Made by a program: the position numbers and the translations under genes
DNA from: Candidatus Latescibacterota bacterium
Lineage (GTDB): Bacteria; Latescibacterota; UBA2968; UBA8231
DNA: 64,000 bases
Reading direction: 5' to 3'
Assembly (NCBI GenBank): GCA_965203355.1
Contig: OZ241889.1
Location: 3,520,001 to 3,584,000, forward strand
Part shown: positions 37,570 to 47,037 of the stretch, piece after piece
Position numbering within the stretch: position 1 is the stretch's first letter
Layout: the number at the start of each line of letters is the position of its first letter
Notes under the pieces: generated by a model
Told to the model about the DNA's origin: nothing
Seen by the model: the letters and a program-made list of their open reading frames with translations, nothing else
Database searches by the model: none

Positions 37570-38371
37570 CGACCCACTCGGCCAGCACCGGCCACAGGGC
37601 GTGAACCACCGCCAGCAGCCTGAGTCGCCTCGGCACGTAGAGCCGCTGCTGGCGCCGTTGCATCCCGCGCACAATCGCCTGCGCGGCCTGGTCTAAACGC
37701 ACCGCTTCCGCCCGGTGTTTGCGCGATGCAGCACCCAACGCCTTCCCGTCTTTCCCCAGTGCGCGTTGCCGCAACTCCGTCCCCTCGAGCCAGTGCAAGA
37801 GCACCGTCATCACCCCCACCCCGCTCTCGGCCACCTCCATCCGCAAGGCATCGCAAAACCCCTGTAGCGCGTGTTTGGACGCCGAGTACCCGGTGTGTAA
37901 CGGCACCCCCACCTGCCCCTGAATGGACGAAATGGCCACGAATAGGCCCTTGCTTTTTTTGAGGTGCGGCAGCGCCGGATGCACGCAGTGTACAGCACCC
38001 AAGTAATTCACTTCCATCAGCTTGCGGAACAAAGCCACATCCTCAACCGCGGCCAACTCGGTCCACATGCTAAGGCCGGCATTGGCGATCAAGTAGTCTA
38101 TGCGTCCAAAGCGCGCAATGGCCGCTTCCGCCAGCCGCTTGCCATCCTCAGCTAGGGCGACATCCCCAACGACGATCAGCACCTCGCTCCCCAACGGCTC
38201 GCACGCTTGGGCGACGGCCTCCAGCCGCGCGGCATTGCGCGCCAAGAGCACGAGCTGCGCGCCCTGCTGGGCACACTCCAGCGCCAGCGTCGCGCCCAAG
38301 CCCGCAGAAGCACCGGTGATTACAACGGTCTTATTGCTCAGGCTTCCGGCGCGCACGGCCAAAAATCCCAT
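37538..38371 (-). CDS. Short-chain dehydrogenase/reductase, DHRS7B-like
   Basis: TGASAGLG, ANAG, VNYLG, ISSIQG, YSASK; exact start uncertain; overlaps the upstream FAD enzyme. Confidence 0.85.
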   Translation of the reverse strand: MGFLAVRAGSLSNKTVVITGASAGLGATLALECAQQGAQLVLLARNAARLEAVAQACEPLGSEVLIVVGDVALAEDGKRLAEAAIARFGRIDYLIANAGLSMWTELAAVEDVALFRKLMEVNYLGAVHCVHPALPHLKKSKGLFVAISSIQGQVGVPLHTGYSASKHALQGFCDALRMEVAESGVGVMTVLLHWLEGTELRQRALGKDGKALGAASRKHRAEAVRLDQAAQAIVRGMQRRQQRLYVPRRLRLLAVVHALWPVLAEWVVKGKVAREEG

Positions 38372-40172
38372 TCTGAATGCCGAAAATATTTTGCGGATCC
38401 AGCGCTTCTTTGGTCTTGCGTAGGGCCTCAATGCTGTTTGCGCTCTGGATGTGCTGGACGAAGCGCTGCCGGATTTTGCCTATCCCGTGGTGGTGGGATA
38501 GCGAGCCGCCGTGGTCCAAGATCGTCTGCCGCAGCGCGTGCTCGATGTCGTGATAGACCGCAATCGGGCGCTCCAAGCCCCGCCCGGAAAGCCCCATCGT
38601 AAAGTAGATGCACACCCCGGTGTGGTACGTCTGCGTCACCCGGTACGACAAGTAGGGCCGCCCGGCAACGCCGCGGGCGCTACACTGCGCGGTCAGCTCG
38701 GCTTGCACGGCCTGCGTCACGTCGTGGATGCGGCTCCAAGGCACCGAGGTCTCAAAGGTCTCGCCCAAGAAATCGAACTGGTTCAAAAAATCGCGGATAT
38801 AGGCAATCCCAAAAGTCAGCATGTAGCCGCGCCGACCGTTAGTAGCCCCGGCACTTTTGCCGCCGTGGGCCTTGGCCAGCTTGAAAATCGTCCGCTTCTG
38901 GTGGTCCACCTCAGCGCGGGTCCCCTCCATGGCAATCGTACACGCCGCCATGGCGAGCGGATCAAACCCCAACACCTTTAGCAAAGCGAACTTTTGCACC
39001 TTTTCCTTGAGGTGCTGCCAAGAAGAAGGCGCGGCCTTGAGGGCCTGTCCAAAGCGGAACTCTTGGTTGTTGACCAAGCGAATACTCGCCGGCAAGGTCC
39101 CGGTCTGGCGCAAGGCCTGCAAGTACTCCACGCCTTGGGCAAAGGACTTGAACACCAGCGAACCGTATGCGCGCACGGCCGGTTGGGGATGGATCTTGAG
39201 CACGGCCTTGGTGATGATGCCGAGGTTGCCCTCCGAGCCAAAAAGCAGCCCGCGCGGCTGGATGCCGGTCGAGTTGCGCGGCGTAGCGTGCCGGGTCTCC
39301 ACGGCGCCAGTCGGCGTCACCAAGGTCGCTTCGAGGACGATGTCTTCGATATTGCCGTAGCGGTTTTTCTTCATGCCACTGGCGTTGGTCGCGATCCAGC
39401 CGCCCAAGGTCGAAAGCTCAATGCTGTCGGGATCGTGGCCGGCCGTGTAGCCCCGAGCCGCGAGCGCACGCTCCAGTTCCTTGCCCGAAATCCCGGCTTC
39501 AACGCAGGCCTGGAGATTTTCCTCGTCGAGCTCGACGATCCGGTTCATGCGCCGCATATCTACCGAAGCAAAGACGCGGTCGTCGTCGGTGGGCAAGGCC
39601 AGGGCACCGCTGACGTTGGTGCCGCCGCCGTAGGGCACGAGGCAAACGCCGTGCTCGGCCGCGAGGCGCACGATGGCGCACACGTGGTCTTCGCTCGCTG
39701 GATAAAGCACCAGATCGACCACGCGCTCCAAAGCATCGCCGTAGAGCAAGCGATAGACCTCATCAACGCTGAGCTGGCCGTGGCTGTGGATGAGGCGCTC
39801 GTCGTCGTCGAGCGACACCTGCTCGGCCCCGAGCGCGTCCTGCCAAGCAGCGACGAGGCTGGCGTCGGCCCGCGAAGGCGGCACCTCGTGGACCTCTTTT
39901 TCGACGGCCATCTCCTTGGGATCAATCGGAACTTGGAGCATCTCTTCGACAAAGGGGATGAAGTGCGGCATGGTAAAGCCAGCCAGCGGATAGCGGCTCC
40001 CGGTCACTCGCACGGTCTTCGGCCCGTCGAACTCAAAGCGAGTGTCCGCATAGCCCCACTTGTGCGGATGGCGCTCCCCGTCGGCGAGATCGTAGCACGC
40101 ATCGGCTGCGGCTTGACGGACCATGGCCGCCGCAACGGCGAACACCGCAATGGCGAGGACGATTTCGAGCAT
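38331..40172 (-). CDS. Alkyl-dihydroxyacetonephosphate synthase-like FAD oxidoreductase
   Basis: PYGGGTNVS, GHDPDS.ELSTLGGWIAT.ASGMKKN.YGNIED, GSEGNLG, PASIRL, FETSVPW, RVTQTY..G.CIYF, SLSHHHGIGK; GGAG RBS. Confidence 0.85.
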   Translation of the reverse strand: MLEIVLAIAVFAVAAAMVRQAAADACYDLADGERHPHKWGYADTRFEFDGPKTVRVTGSRYPLAGFTMPHFIPFVEEMLQVPIDPKEMAVEKEVHEVPPSRADASLVAAWQDALGAEQVSLDDDERLIHSHGQLSVDEVYRLLYGDALERVVDLVLYPASEDHVCAIVRLAAEHGVCLVPYGGGTNVSGALALPTDDDRVFASVDMRRMNRIVELDEENLQACVEAGISGKELERALAARGYTAGHDPDSIELSTLGGWIATNASGMKKNRYGNIEDIVLEATLVTPTGAVETRHATPRNSTGIQPRGLLFGSEGNLGIITKAVLKIHPQPAVRAYGSLVFKSFAQGVEYLQALRQTGTLPASIRLVNNQEFRFGQALKAAPSSWQHLKEKVQKFALLKVLGFDPLAMAACTIAMEGTRAEVDHQKRTIFKLAKAHGGKSAGATNGRRGYMLTFGIAYIRDFLNQFDFLGETFETSVPWSRIHDVTQAVQAELTAQCSARGVAGRPYLSYRVTQTYHTGVCIYFTMGLSGRGLERPIAVYHDIEHALRQTILDHGGSLSHHHGIGKIRQRFVQHIQSANSIEALRKTKEALDPQNIFGIQNGIFGRARRKPEQ

Positions 40173-40204
40173 AGATCAATCTCCTAATGAGTGCTCAATG
40201 ACTA

Positions 40205-41257
40205 CTACAGCCCTTCCTGGACATCCTTTTTCCGCACTTTCCATATAAAGGCATCGTAGTAGTAGTGAATCAGGGCAAAGGAACTGAGCAGCGAATAGCT
40301 AAAGAGGTCAAAGTTCGCGTTGAAGCCGACTAGACCAAAGCCAAAGTCGCGCACCAAGCCCTCGCTCAGCGCGTGAAAGACAACCGCATAGGCCGCGCAC
40401 AGCAAGAGAAAGAACTTGACACCTCCCTTGCTCGCCACGCAGCGCAGCAGGGCCGAGTCGCCGCCGGTGCGCTCGACCTTGTGGCGGTTGTAGAAATACA
40501 CCATGACGATGTACTGAATCCCGTGCATGATCCGGTGCGCCACGGCAAAGACGAGCAGATAGGCCGTGGTAAAACTGGTGAAGTACCACAGGAAATAGCT
40601 CGACAGCAAAAAGACGTACTTGAGGGGATTGAGCGCCAAGCCGCGCCAAGCGCAATAGGCGATATGCCCCACGTAGATTAGGCCGTAGGCTAGGGCCAGG
40701 GTCCACGATACGAGGTGTACCGTCTTTACCGCCTCCGCACTGATGGGCAGGTGCCACTCGTGCAACATCCGCACCCAGACCGTGGAAAATAGCGGCGACA
40801 CCACCAACATGTTGCCAAAGAAGATCCAATTGAAAGCCAAGTCGAACTTAGCGGTGGAGGGCGCGCCGGCCTTGGCTTTGAAATCGTACACGCGCGCAAA
40901 GCCGTATTGCTGCATCAAGCTGTGCTGATGATCCCACAAAGTCACGATCAACACCAAGCTCAACGGCGCCCACTGGATCAGGCCGTAAGCAAAGGCGACC
41001 AGCACGATCGGCCCGAGAATGAAGCGCTCCTTAAAGCGGGCAAATTCCGCGGGCGAGCCATACACGCGCAGCCAAGTGACGAAGTGGTGCGGGATCGTCA
41101 CCCACAAGGCAATGGCCGCCAGCGCCGCCCCCGGCAGGTAGTGCCCGGACACGAGCGCAAAGCAAACCGCCGCAAAGGGCAGACTCACAAACCAGATAGA
41201 GTCCTGCCGGCGATCGACGATATAGGCCGGTCGCAGGACGATGGAATTATTCGCCAT
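40205..41257 (-). CDS. Uncharacterised polytopic membrane protein with His motifs
   Basis: Many TM segments; PHHFVT, WDHQH...QQYG, HRIMHGIQY, HYYYDAFIWK. Confidence 0.7.
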   Translation of the reverse strand: MANNSIVLRPAYIVDRRQDSIWFVSLPFAAVCFALVSGHYLPGAALAAIALWVTIPHHFVTWLRVYGSPAEFARFKERFILGPIVLVAFAYGLIQWAPLSLVLIVTLWDHQHSLMQQYGFARVYDFKAKAGAPSTAKFDLAFNWIFFGNMLVVSPLFSTVWVRMLHEWHLPISAEAVKTVHLVSWTLALAYGLIYVGHIAYCAWRGLALNPLKYVFLLSSYFLWYFTSFTTAYLLVFAVAHRIMHGIQYIVMVYFYNRHKVERTGGDSALLRCVASKGGVKFFLLLCAAYAVVFHALSEGLVRDFGFGLVGFNANFDLFSYSLLSSFALIHYYYDAFIWKVRKKDVQEGL

Positions 41258-42812
41258 GAGAAGTAGCCAGCCGGGCGAGTGCCACAGCGTCTGGGCTGAA
41301 GCGGATTTCACGGGCGCGACGCTGGCGCAAAGAGGCGGCCAGTTCCTTAACCGCCGCTTGGAGCTGGTCCGCCGCCCAATCGGCCTCCACCTGTTCGCGG
41401 ATCTCGCTTAGCGGCGGCAGCCGGTCCGAGCGGCGGCTCAATACTTGCAGGACAATATAACCATTATCCGTGGCAAAGGGACCGTGCAAGGTGCCCTCGT
41501 CGGCGCGCAGGGCGCGGCTGACCGGATTATCGCCCGCCAACGCGCCGCTGCCGTAAATCACCTCGACAAAGCGATCCACGAGCTCGGTCGTGTCGCGACC
41601 GGTGCGCATCCGCTCGACAATGGCGGTGCCCTCGGCTTCGTCGCGGGCGAGCAGCCGGCGCACGGCCACCTCGGCCGGCGCGGTGTAGCGGAGCTTGTGC
41701 TCCTCGTAAAACAGGCTCAGACCGTTGGGATTGGGCGGTGGCACCTGCGCTTGTAGCGCGCCCTGCAAACGCCGCGCAAGCTGCATCTGCCGCAGTCGCT
41801 CCAACTCGCGTTGCAGACTCGGATCGGCGGCCAGCGCGAGCCGCGCCGTTTCGAGCGGGACCAACACGTGCCGCCCCACTTCGCGCCGCAGCACTTGCGC
41901 GCCCTCGCCTTGGCCCTTCAGCAGTTCGCGGGCCTGCGCGACCGTTAGCACGCCGCCGTCGTACGCGGCCACGACCGCTGCTGGCGACCCCATCAGCCCA
42001 TCCGGCTCGTAGCGCACATTATAGCGCACGTGCAATGTGTCGTAATAAGCCAAGAGCTGCCGCCCGAGCTGCTCCCGCAGCACCAAGCGCTGGATGGTCT
42101 CCCGCTCTTGCTCAAAACTAACCGGGTGCGCGTCTGTTAGCTTGATGAGAAAGTATCCATCAGCCACTTGCATCGGCTCGGAGATCTCACCGACTTGCAT
42201 GGAAAAGGCCCTTTCGGTTAGCGCGGCGTGCGAGGCCATCGTATCGCCCCAGCGATGGTAGCCCATGTCGGCTTGACGCTCTAGAATCCGCGCGTCTTGC
42301 GAGTGCTGCATCGACAGTTCCTCAAAGTCTGCCCCGGCCGCGAGCGCGGCCAAAATCTCCGGTAACTGCTGCTTTGAGCGCACCATCAGCAGACTAAAGC
42401 GCACGCGGCGGTTGTACGGGCTGCGCTGGAAATAGGCCCGCAGTGCCGCTTCGGCGACTTCGGGCTGCGCGATTCCAGCGCGCTTGTACAGGGCCTGCTG
42501 CACCAGCCGCTCCTGCGTCTGCGCCTGCCATTGGGCAAACTCGGCGCTCGCACCCAAGCCCCGCCGCTCGGCTTCCTGCACCAGCAGCACTTGCTCGACC
42601 AGGGCTTCCAACAACCACTCGGCCCCGTACTCGGCCCGCAATTCCGGGGCTATCCGCGCCGTGAACTGGCGGTAGTCGGCCACCCGAATCGCCGTTGGCC
42701 CCACCTCCACCAAGACGGCATCTTCAGCGGCCAGGGCCGGGCCGTCCTCGGCGCAGCCGCTTAGGCCGGCCAACGCCGAGCACAGCACCGCTCCCAGCCA
42801 ACACTTATTCAT
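41247..42812 (-). CDS. PpiC/parvulin-type peptidyl-prolyl isomerase (SurA/PrsA-like) lipoprotein
   Basis: LSGC lipobox; GADFEELS..HSQD, DMGY, GEISEP....GYFLIKL; second degenerate rotamase domain. Confidence 0.78.
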   Translation of the reverse strand: MNKCWLGAVLCSALAGLSGCAEDGPALAAEDAVLVEVGPTAIRVADYRQFTARIAPELRAEYGAEWLLEALVEQVLLVQEAERRGLGASAEFAQWQAQTQERLVQQALYKRAGIAQPEVAEAALRAYFQRSPYNRRVRFSLLMVRSKQQLPEILAALAAGADFEELSMQHSQDARILERQADMGYHRWGDTMASHAALTERAFSMQVGEISEPMQVADGYFLIKLTDAHPVSFEQERETIQRLVLREQLGRQLLAYYDTLHVRYNVRYEPDGLMGSPAAVVAAYDGGVLTVAQARELLKGQGEGAQVLRREVGRHVLVPLETARLALAADPSLQRELERLRQMQLARRLQGALQAQVPPPNPNGLSLFYEEHKLRYTAPAEVAVRRLLARDEAEGTAIVERMRTGRDTTELVDRFVEVIYGSGALAGDNPVSRALRADEGTLHGPFATDNGYIVLQVLSRRSDRLPPLSEIREQVEADWAADQLQAAVKELAASLRQRRAREIRFSPDAVALARLATSHGE

Positions 42813-44175
42813 GTTGCGTGCGCTCTTTCATCTGCTGGATTGCCGTTAGTGCTTGCTTGCTTGCTTCTACCTGGCCGGATTTCAAATACGCCACGGCCAG
42901 CTTCTGCCGGGCGTCGAGCCAGTCCGGCCGGGCCGCCACCGCCACGGTCAGCATCTCAGCAGCTTGGGCGTAGTCTCCAGCGCGTGCGTGTAGCAGCCCC
43001 AAAAAGTAATGCGTCTCCGCGTCTTCCGGTGCTAAGCGGCGCGCCTCCGCCAAAGTGGCTAGCGCTTCGTCAAAACGCTGCAAGCGCAGGTACGCCTGAC
43101 CGAGGTTGTAGTGCGCCTTGGCATAGGCTGGGTCCAAGGCCAGCGCGGCTCGGTACTCGGCGACCGCCTCGGCCAATTGGCCCAAGCGCAGGTACAGGTT
43201 CCCCAAGTTGTTGCGGTAGCGCAAGCTGTCCGGCGCGAGCCGCACGGCCAGCCGATACGCTTCGGCCGCCTCGGTCAAGCGGCCCTGCTCGGTGTACAGC
43301 AGGCCGAGTTGCGCCCGGGCCTCGTGGTCGTCGGGCGCATTGCCCAACATCCGCCGTTGGTCGTCGATTTTGTCGAGCTGTTGGTCGAGCGCCCGGAACT
43401 GAGCCAGCACAGCGGTGCTCTCCGCGCGGCGACCAAGCCGCTTGAGGGCATTGGCCAGCGCAAAGTACGCCTCCTTGGACAAAGAGTCGAGCGCACGGGC
43501 GCGACGGGCCGCGCGTTCAGCGGCCGCGTACTCGCCGCGCTTGAGCTCCACCTGCGCCAGAGCGACGTACGCGGCCGCGTCCGTGCTGTCCAGTTCGACC
43601 GCGTGCAAAAGCGCTTGGGCGGCGCGCTCAAAGTCGAGTTCTTTCAGGCGCGTCCGGCCCAAAAGCCGGTAGAAGGAGGCCTGGGTCGAATCGCGGTCCA
43701 AGCCCGCTTGTAGCAGCGTTTCTACCTCGGCGTACTCGCCGCGCAAGAAATAGATGTAGCCGAGGTCGTAGTACGTCGTCAGATGGCCGGGATCAAACGA
43801 GAGCACCCGGCGGTGTTCGTCAATCGCTTGGGCGTAGTTGAGCTGTTTGACGTACAGGGCCGCGAGGTTGTGCCGCGCCGACACATGCGTCGAGTCCAGC
43901 GCCAATACGCGCTGATAGGCCGCCATAGCACTGGGGTAATCGAGTTGGCGCGCGTAGGCGTTGCCGAGGTTGTAGTGGACTTTGGCCGATCCGGGGGCGA
44001 GCGCGGCGGCCTGCTGGTACGCGTCAATGGCCTCGGTATGGCGCCCGGCGGCCGCGAGCGCGGTGCCGCGCACAAAGAGCACTTCGGCGTCCATGGCCGC
44101 GCCCGGCCGCGCCTTTTCCTTTGTCGCTTCCTCCGCACAGGCGTATAATGCGAGGCAGATTAGCAGCCCCTTCAT
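42805..44175 (-). CDS. Tetratricopeptide-repeat protein
   Basis: Repeated HYNLG/NNLG TPR units; hydrophobic N-terminus with Cys; ATG at 44175 overlaps the upstream stop. Confidence 0.88.
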   Translation of the reverse strand: MKGLLICLALYACAEEATKEKARPGAAMDAEVLFVRGTALAAAGRHTEAIDAYQQAAALAPGSAKVHYNLGNAYARQLDYPSAMAAYQRVLALDSTHVSARHNLAALYVKQLNYAQAIDEHRRVLSFDPGHLTTYYDLGYIYFLRGEYAEVETLLQAGLDRDSTQASFYRLLGRTRLKELDFERAAQALLHAVELDSTDAAAYVALAQVELKRGEYAAAERAARRARALDSLSKEAYFALANALKRLGRRAESTAVLAQFRALDQQLDKIDDQRRMLGNAPDDHEARAQLGLLYTEQGRLTEAAEAYRLAVRLAPDSLRYRNNLGNLYLRLGQLAEAVAEYRAALALDPAYAKAHYNLGQAYLRLQRFDEALATLAEARRLAPEDAETHYFLGLLHARAGDYAQAAEMLTVAVAARPDWLDARQKLAVAYLKSGQVEASKQALTAIQQMKERTQHE

Positions 44176-45800
44176 CGCGCCGCTCCTTCGACGAGCCAAT
44201 GCTCTTGATTGACGCCTAAATTCTCGTATTGCTCGACCCGGCCACTCGGCCAATAGACGACTACGCGCTCAATGCCGGTGGATGTTCCCAACCCAAAGTG
44301 CAACCGCACATCGCTCTGCGAGAGGTAGCTAGCCCCCGAGCGCACCTCGTCCGTCTGCACCCGCCCGCCGCTGGCGATTTCGACGCGGGCACCAATGCCA
44401 GCGCGGTTGCTGTCGCGGCCCGTCAGCCGCAGGCGCACCCAGTGGCCGTGCGCGCCGTCATTGCGCATCAAGGTCGGCGCAGCCGCGACATTCGCGACCA
44501 GCACGTCCATGTCGCCATCGTCGTCGTAGTCGCCAAAAGCCGCGCCGCGACTGACCCGTTTCAACGACAGGGCACCCCGGTCGGCAGCGCATTCCTCAAA
44601 GCGGCCGTCGCCCCTATTGAGAAAGAGCTGATTGCGCTGCGGAAAGGTCGCGTTCTCGTATTGCTCGACATCGCTTTCCAAGTGGCCATTGGCGACGAAA
44701 AGATCGCGGTCGCCGTCGTTGTCCGCATCGAAAAAGCGCGTGCCCCACGCCAAGTAAGCAATGCTACTCTTGCCCAACCCGGCGAGAAACGTTTCATCGA
44801 CAAAGGTGCCATCGCCGAGATTCTTGTACAGCGTGTTGGTCTCCCACTGAAAGTTCGTGACGAAAAGGTCGGGATCGCCGTCGTTGTCGTAGTCGCCCAT
44901 GTCAACGCCCATGCCCGCTTCGACATCGCCGTCCTCGTTGTACGCCACGCCGGCCAACAGCGCTGCTTCGGCAAAGTGGCCCGTGCCGTCGTTGAGATAC
45001 AAAAAGTTCAAGGTCTTGTCGTTGGCCAGGTAGAGGTCGGGATCGCCATCGCGGTCCACGTCGCCGAAGACCACGCCGAGCTCCTTGCCCTCGGCACTGC
45101 CCAGCCCGGCCGCGGTCGTGATGTCGGCAAACGTGCCATCGCCCTCGTTCCGATACAACACATCGGACATCCCATCAAAGGCCTCCGGGCCGCAGTAGAG
45201 TTGCAGCCCGCTGCCCCCCTCGGCGCAGACGCGGTGATTGGCATAGGAAAAGTCGTGGTAGTTGCCCACGTACAAATCGACGAAACCGTCGCGGTCAATG
45301 TCGGCAAACGCGGCACTCGCCCCCCAGCCCTCGTCGCCGACTTGGGCCGCGGCCGTGACGTCGGCAAACGTGCCATCGCCCTCGTTCCGATACAGCACAT
45401 TAGCCCCGAAGTTGGTCGCGTACAAATCGAGATCGCCGTCGTTGTCCACGTCGCCGACCGCGCAGCCCATGCCGTAGCCGGTGTCGCCGACCCCAGCGAA
45501 CTCGGTCACATCGGCGAAGGTGCCATCGCCGCGATTGTGGTAGAGCGCGTTTTGCGGCGCTGGATCGTATTCGGTCCCGGGCACAGCAGCGCCGTTGATT
45601 AGATAAACGTCGAGGCGACCGTCGCCGTCGTAATCGAAAAAACCGCCGCCCGGACCAACCGTTTCAATGACGAATTTCTGACCGTTGGCTCCATTGACGT
45701 GGACGAAGTCGATGCCCGCTTCTTGGGTAGCGTCGTGGAAGCGGGGATTGGCGTACATGGGGACAGATGAAAACAGTAGCAGCAGAAAAAACTTGAGCAT
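44172..45800 (-). CDS. CRTAC1 / ASPIC-UnbV family protein
   Basis: Signal peptide, F.D.T.EAGIDFVH, D.D.DGD.D repeats, SNR.GIGARV, SYLSQSD.RLHFGLG, WPSG. Confidence 0.92.
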   Translation of the reverse strand: MLKFFLLLLFSSVPMYANPRFHDATQEAGIDFVHVNGANGQKFVIETVGPGGGFFDYDGDGRLDVYLINGAAVPGTEYDPAPQNALYHNRGDGTFADVTEFAGVGDTGYGMGCAVGDVDNDGDLDLYATNFGANVLYRNEGDGTFADVTAAAQVGDEGWGASAAFADIDRDGFVDLYVGNYHDFSYANHRVCAEGGSGLQLYCGPEAFDGMSDVLYRNEGDGTFADITTAAGLGSAEGKELGVVFGDVDRDGDPDLYLANDKTLNFLYLNDGTGHFAEAALLAGVAYNEDGDVEAGMGVDMGDYDNDGDPDLFVTNFQWETNTLYKNLGDGTFVDETFLAGLGKSSIAYLAWGTRFFDADNDGDRDLFVANGHLESDVEQYENATFPQRNQLFLNRGDGRFEECAADRGALSLKRVSRGAAFGDYDDDGDMDVLVANVAAAPTLMRNDGAHGHWVRLRLTGRDSNRAGIGARVEIASGGRVQTDEVRSGASYLSQSDVRLHFGLGTSTGIERVVVYWPSGRVEQYENLGVNQEHWLVEGAAR

Positions 45801-45816
45801 TTGATCGATGAGGTGC

Positions 45817-46083
45817 CTAGGGAAAGTGTTGGTAAAAATCTCGGCGCGACAAACAGCGGACGAAAGTTACGGTATTTTCGTTGAGTTGAAGGCCGAGCCT
45901 GTAACTGCCAACCCGAAATCGAAAACAATTGTCAAAACCGCTGATCTTGCGGACGTTATTTGCTTTTGTAAGGTCATTCACCCGCTCGATTTGCTCGATC
46001 GCCGTCCTAATACGCTCTTTAATAGATGGATCGCGGATCCGTCTGAGATCTCTGGTGAAGCTGTTACTAAACTCGAATTTCAA
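45817..46083 (-). CDS. RelE/ParE-family toxin
   Basis: 88 aa, basic; F.RDL..I, FRFRVGSYRLG, R.L.RRDFY..FP. Confidence 0.85.
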   Translation of the reverse strand: MKFEFSNSFTRDLRRIRDPSIKERIRTAIEQIERVNDLTKANNVRKISGFDNCFRFRVGSYRLGLQLNENTVTFVRCLSRRDFYQHFP

Positions 46084-46883
46084 GTTTTAATACTCGATCT
46101 CCTAAAATTTTAAACACCTGCTCTCTAGAGGCTCGTCCCGTTTCTTCGCCCTCTTTAATTGCATTTACCAGAGCAATATCTTCAAGAGCTTCCAAAAGTT
46201 TTTTCACGTCTTGGACGAACTCTCTCGCAAATTCTTTCCTTTTCTTTGGTGTCGACAGCCGCTTGAGTTTTTCCTTGGTGGGGTTGTACAGATTTAGATT
46301 TTTATCGACATATATCCACCAAGGATATCGACAACACTTGTCGTCTTCACTGCTCATGTGCTTCAATCCCCTCTTGAACATGGCGTACGAGTCTCTATGT
46401 TCCTCTTGGGGACAATAAACCCCGAACCAGAGGCATCCTTTGTCCTCTCCAATGTCGAGCGAACCAGCTTTACTCAATTCGTAGGATCGGCTTACATTAT
46501 CTCTATCTATTTGATCGGCTGGAATGGGTCTAAGTTCGGGAATCTCCGATTGCAGCAATTTCAGTTCAGAGTCAATTTCTTGCCAGAGTTTCTCGCGCAG
46601 TTCTGACACCACTTCATCCCAAGCCTCATGCAAGTCGCGGATGAGCACGAGATTGTTACTCTCCAAACAGAGCTTCTTTAAGTCATCCATATATTTCCTC
46701 CGGTAATCTGTGTCTGTCAGCTTTCGGACAAGCCGTAAGTATTGCGCGATCGACTCCCGCAATTCGGGTTCGTCGCAGGCGAGTTTTTGGCAACAAAACG
46801 TTGAAGGGCTCCGGTCGCCCGACCTCATACTTTTTGTAAAGCTGATCCGCTTCTTCTAATAAGTTGTGGTAATTATCGTTCAT
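46067..46883 (-). pseudogene. Internally deleted PD-(D/E)XK-like nuclease remnant ending in an antitoxin-like tail
   Basis: The N-terminus (MNDNY...PFNVL, from 46883) changes frame into LRESIAQYL.L...LT; the C-terminus EDIALVNAIKEGE...SREQVF overlaps the RelE start; AT-rich. Confidence 0.55.
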
Positions 46884-47037
46884 GTCTCATCCTTTTGGGA
46901 ACTACTATTCAACCTAACTATGCGAATCTCAGGCGTCAAAGGTTCTCAGCGGATCCAACGCCGCGGCGCGGATGGCGTCGGGAAAGTCACAAGCAGTCCT
47001 AAACAGCGTGTAGAAATGGGACCATGTCGCTACGGCG

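Noticed and set aside
45120-45400. Near-identical ~35-bp DNA repeats in the CRTAC1 gene
   Set aside because: They encode repeated LYRNEGDGTFAD propeller-blade motifs, so they are ordinary coding repeats.
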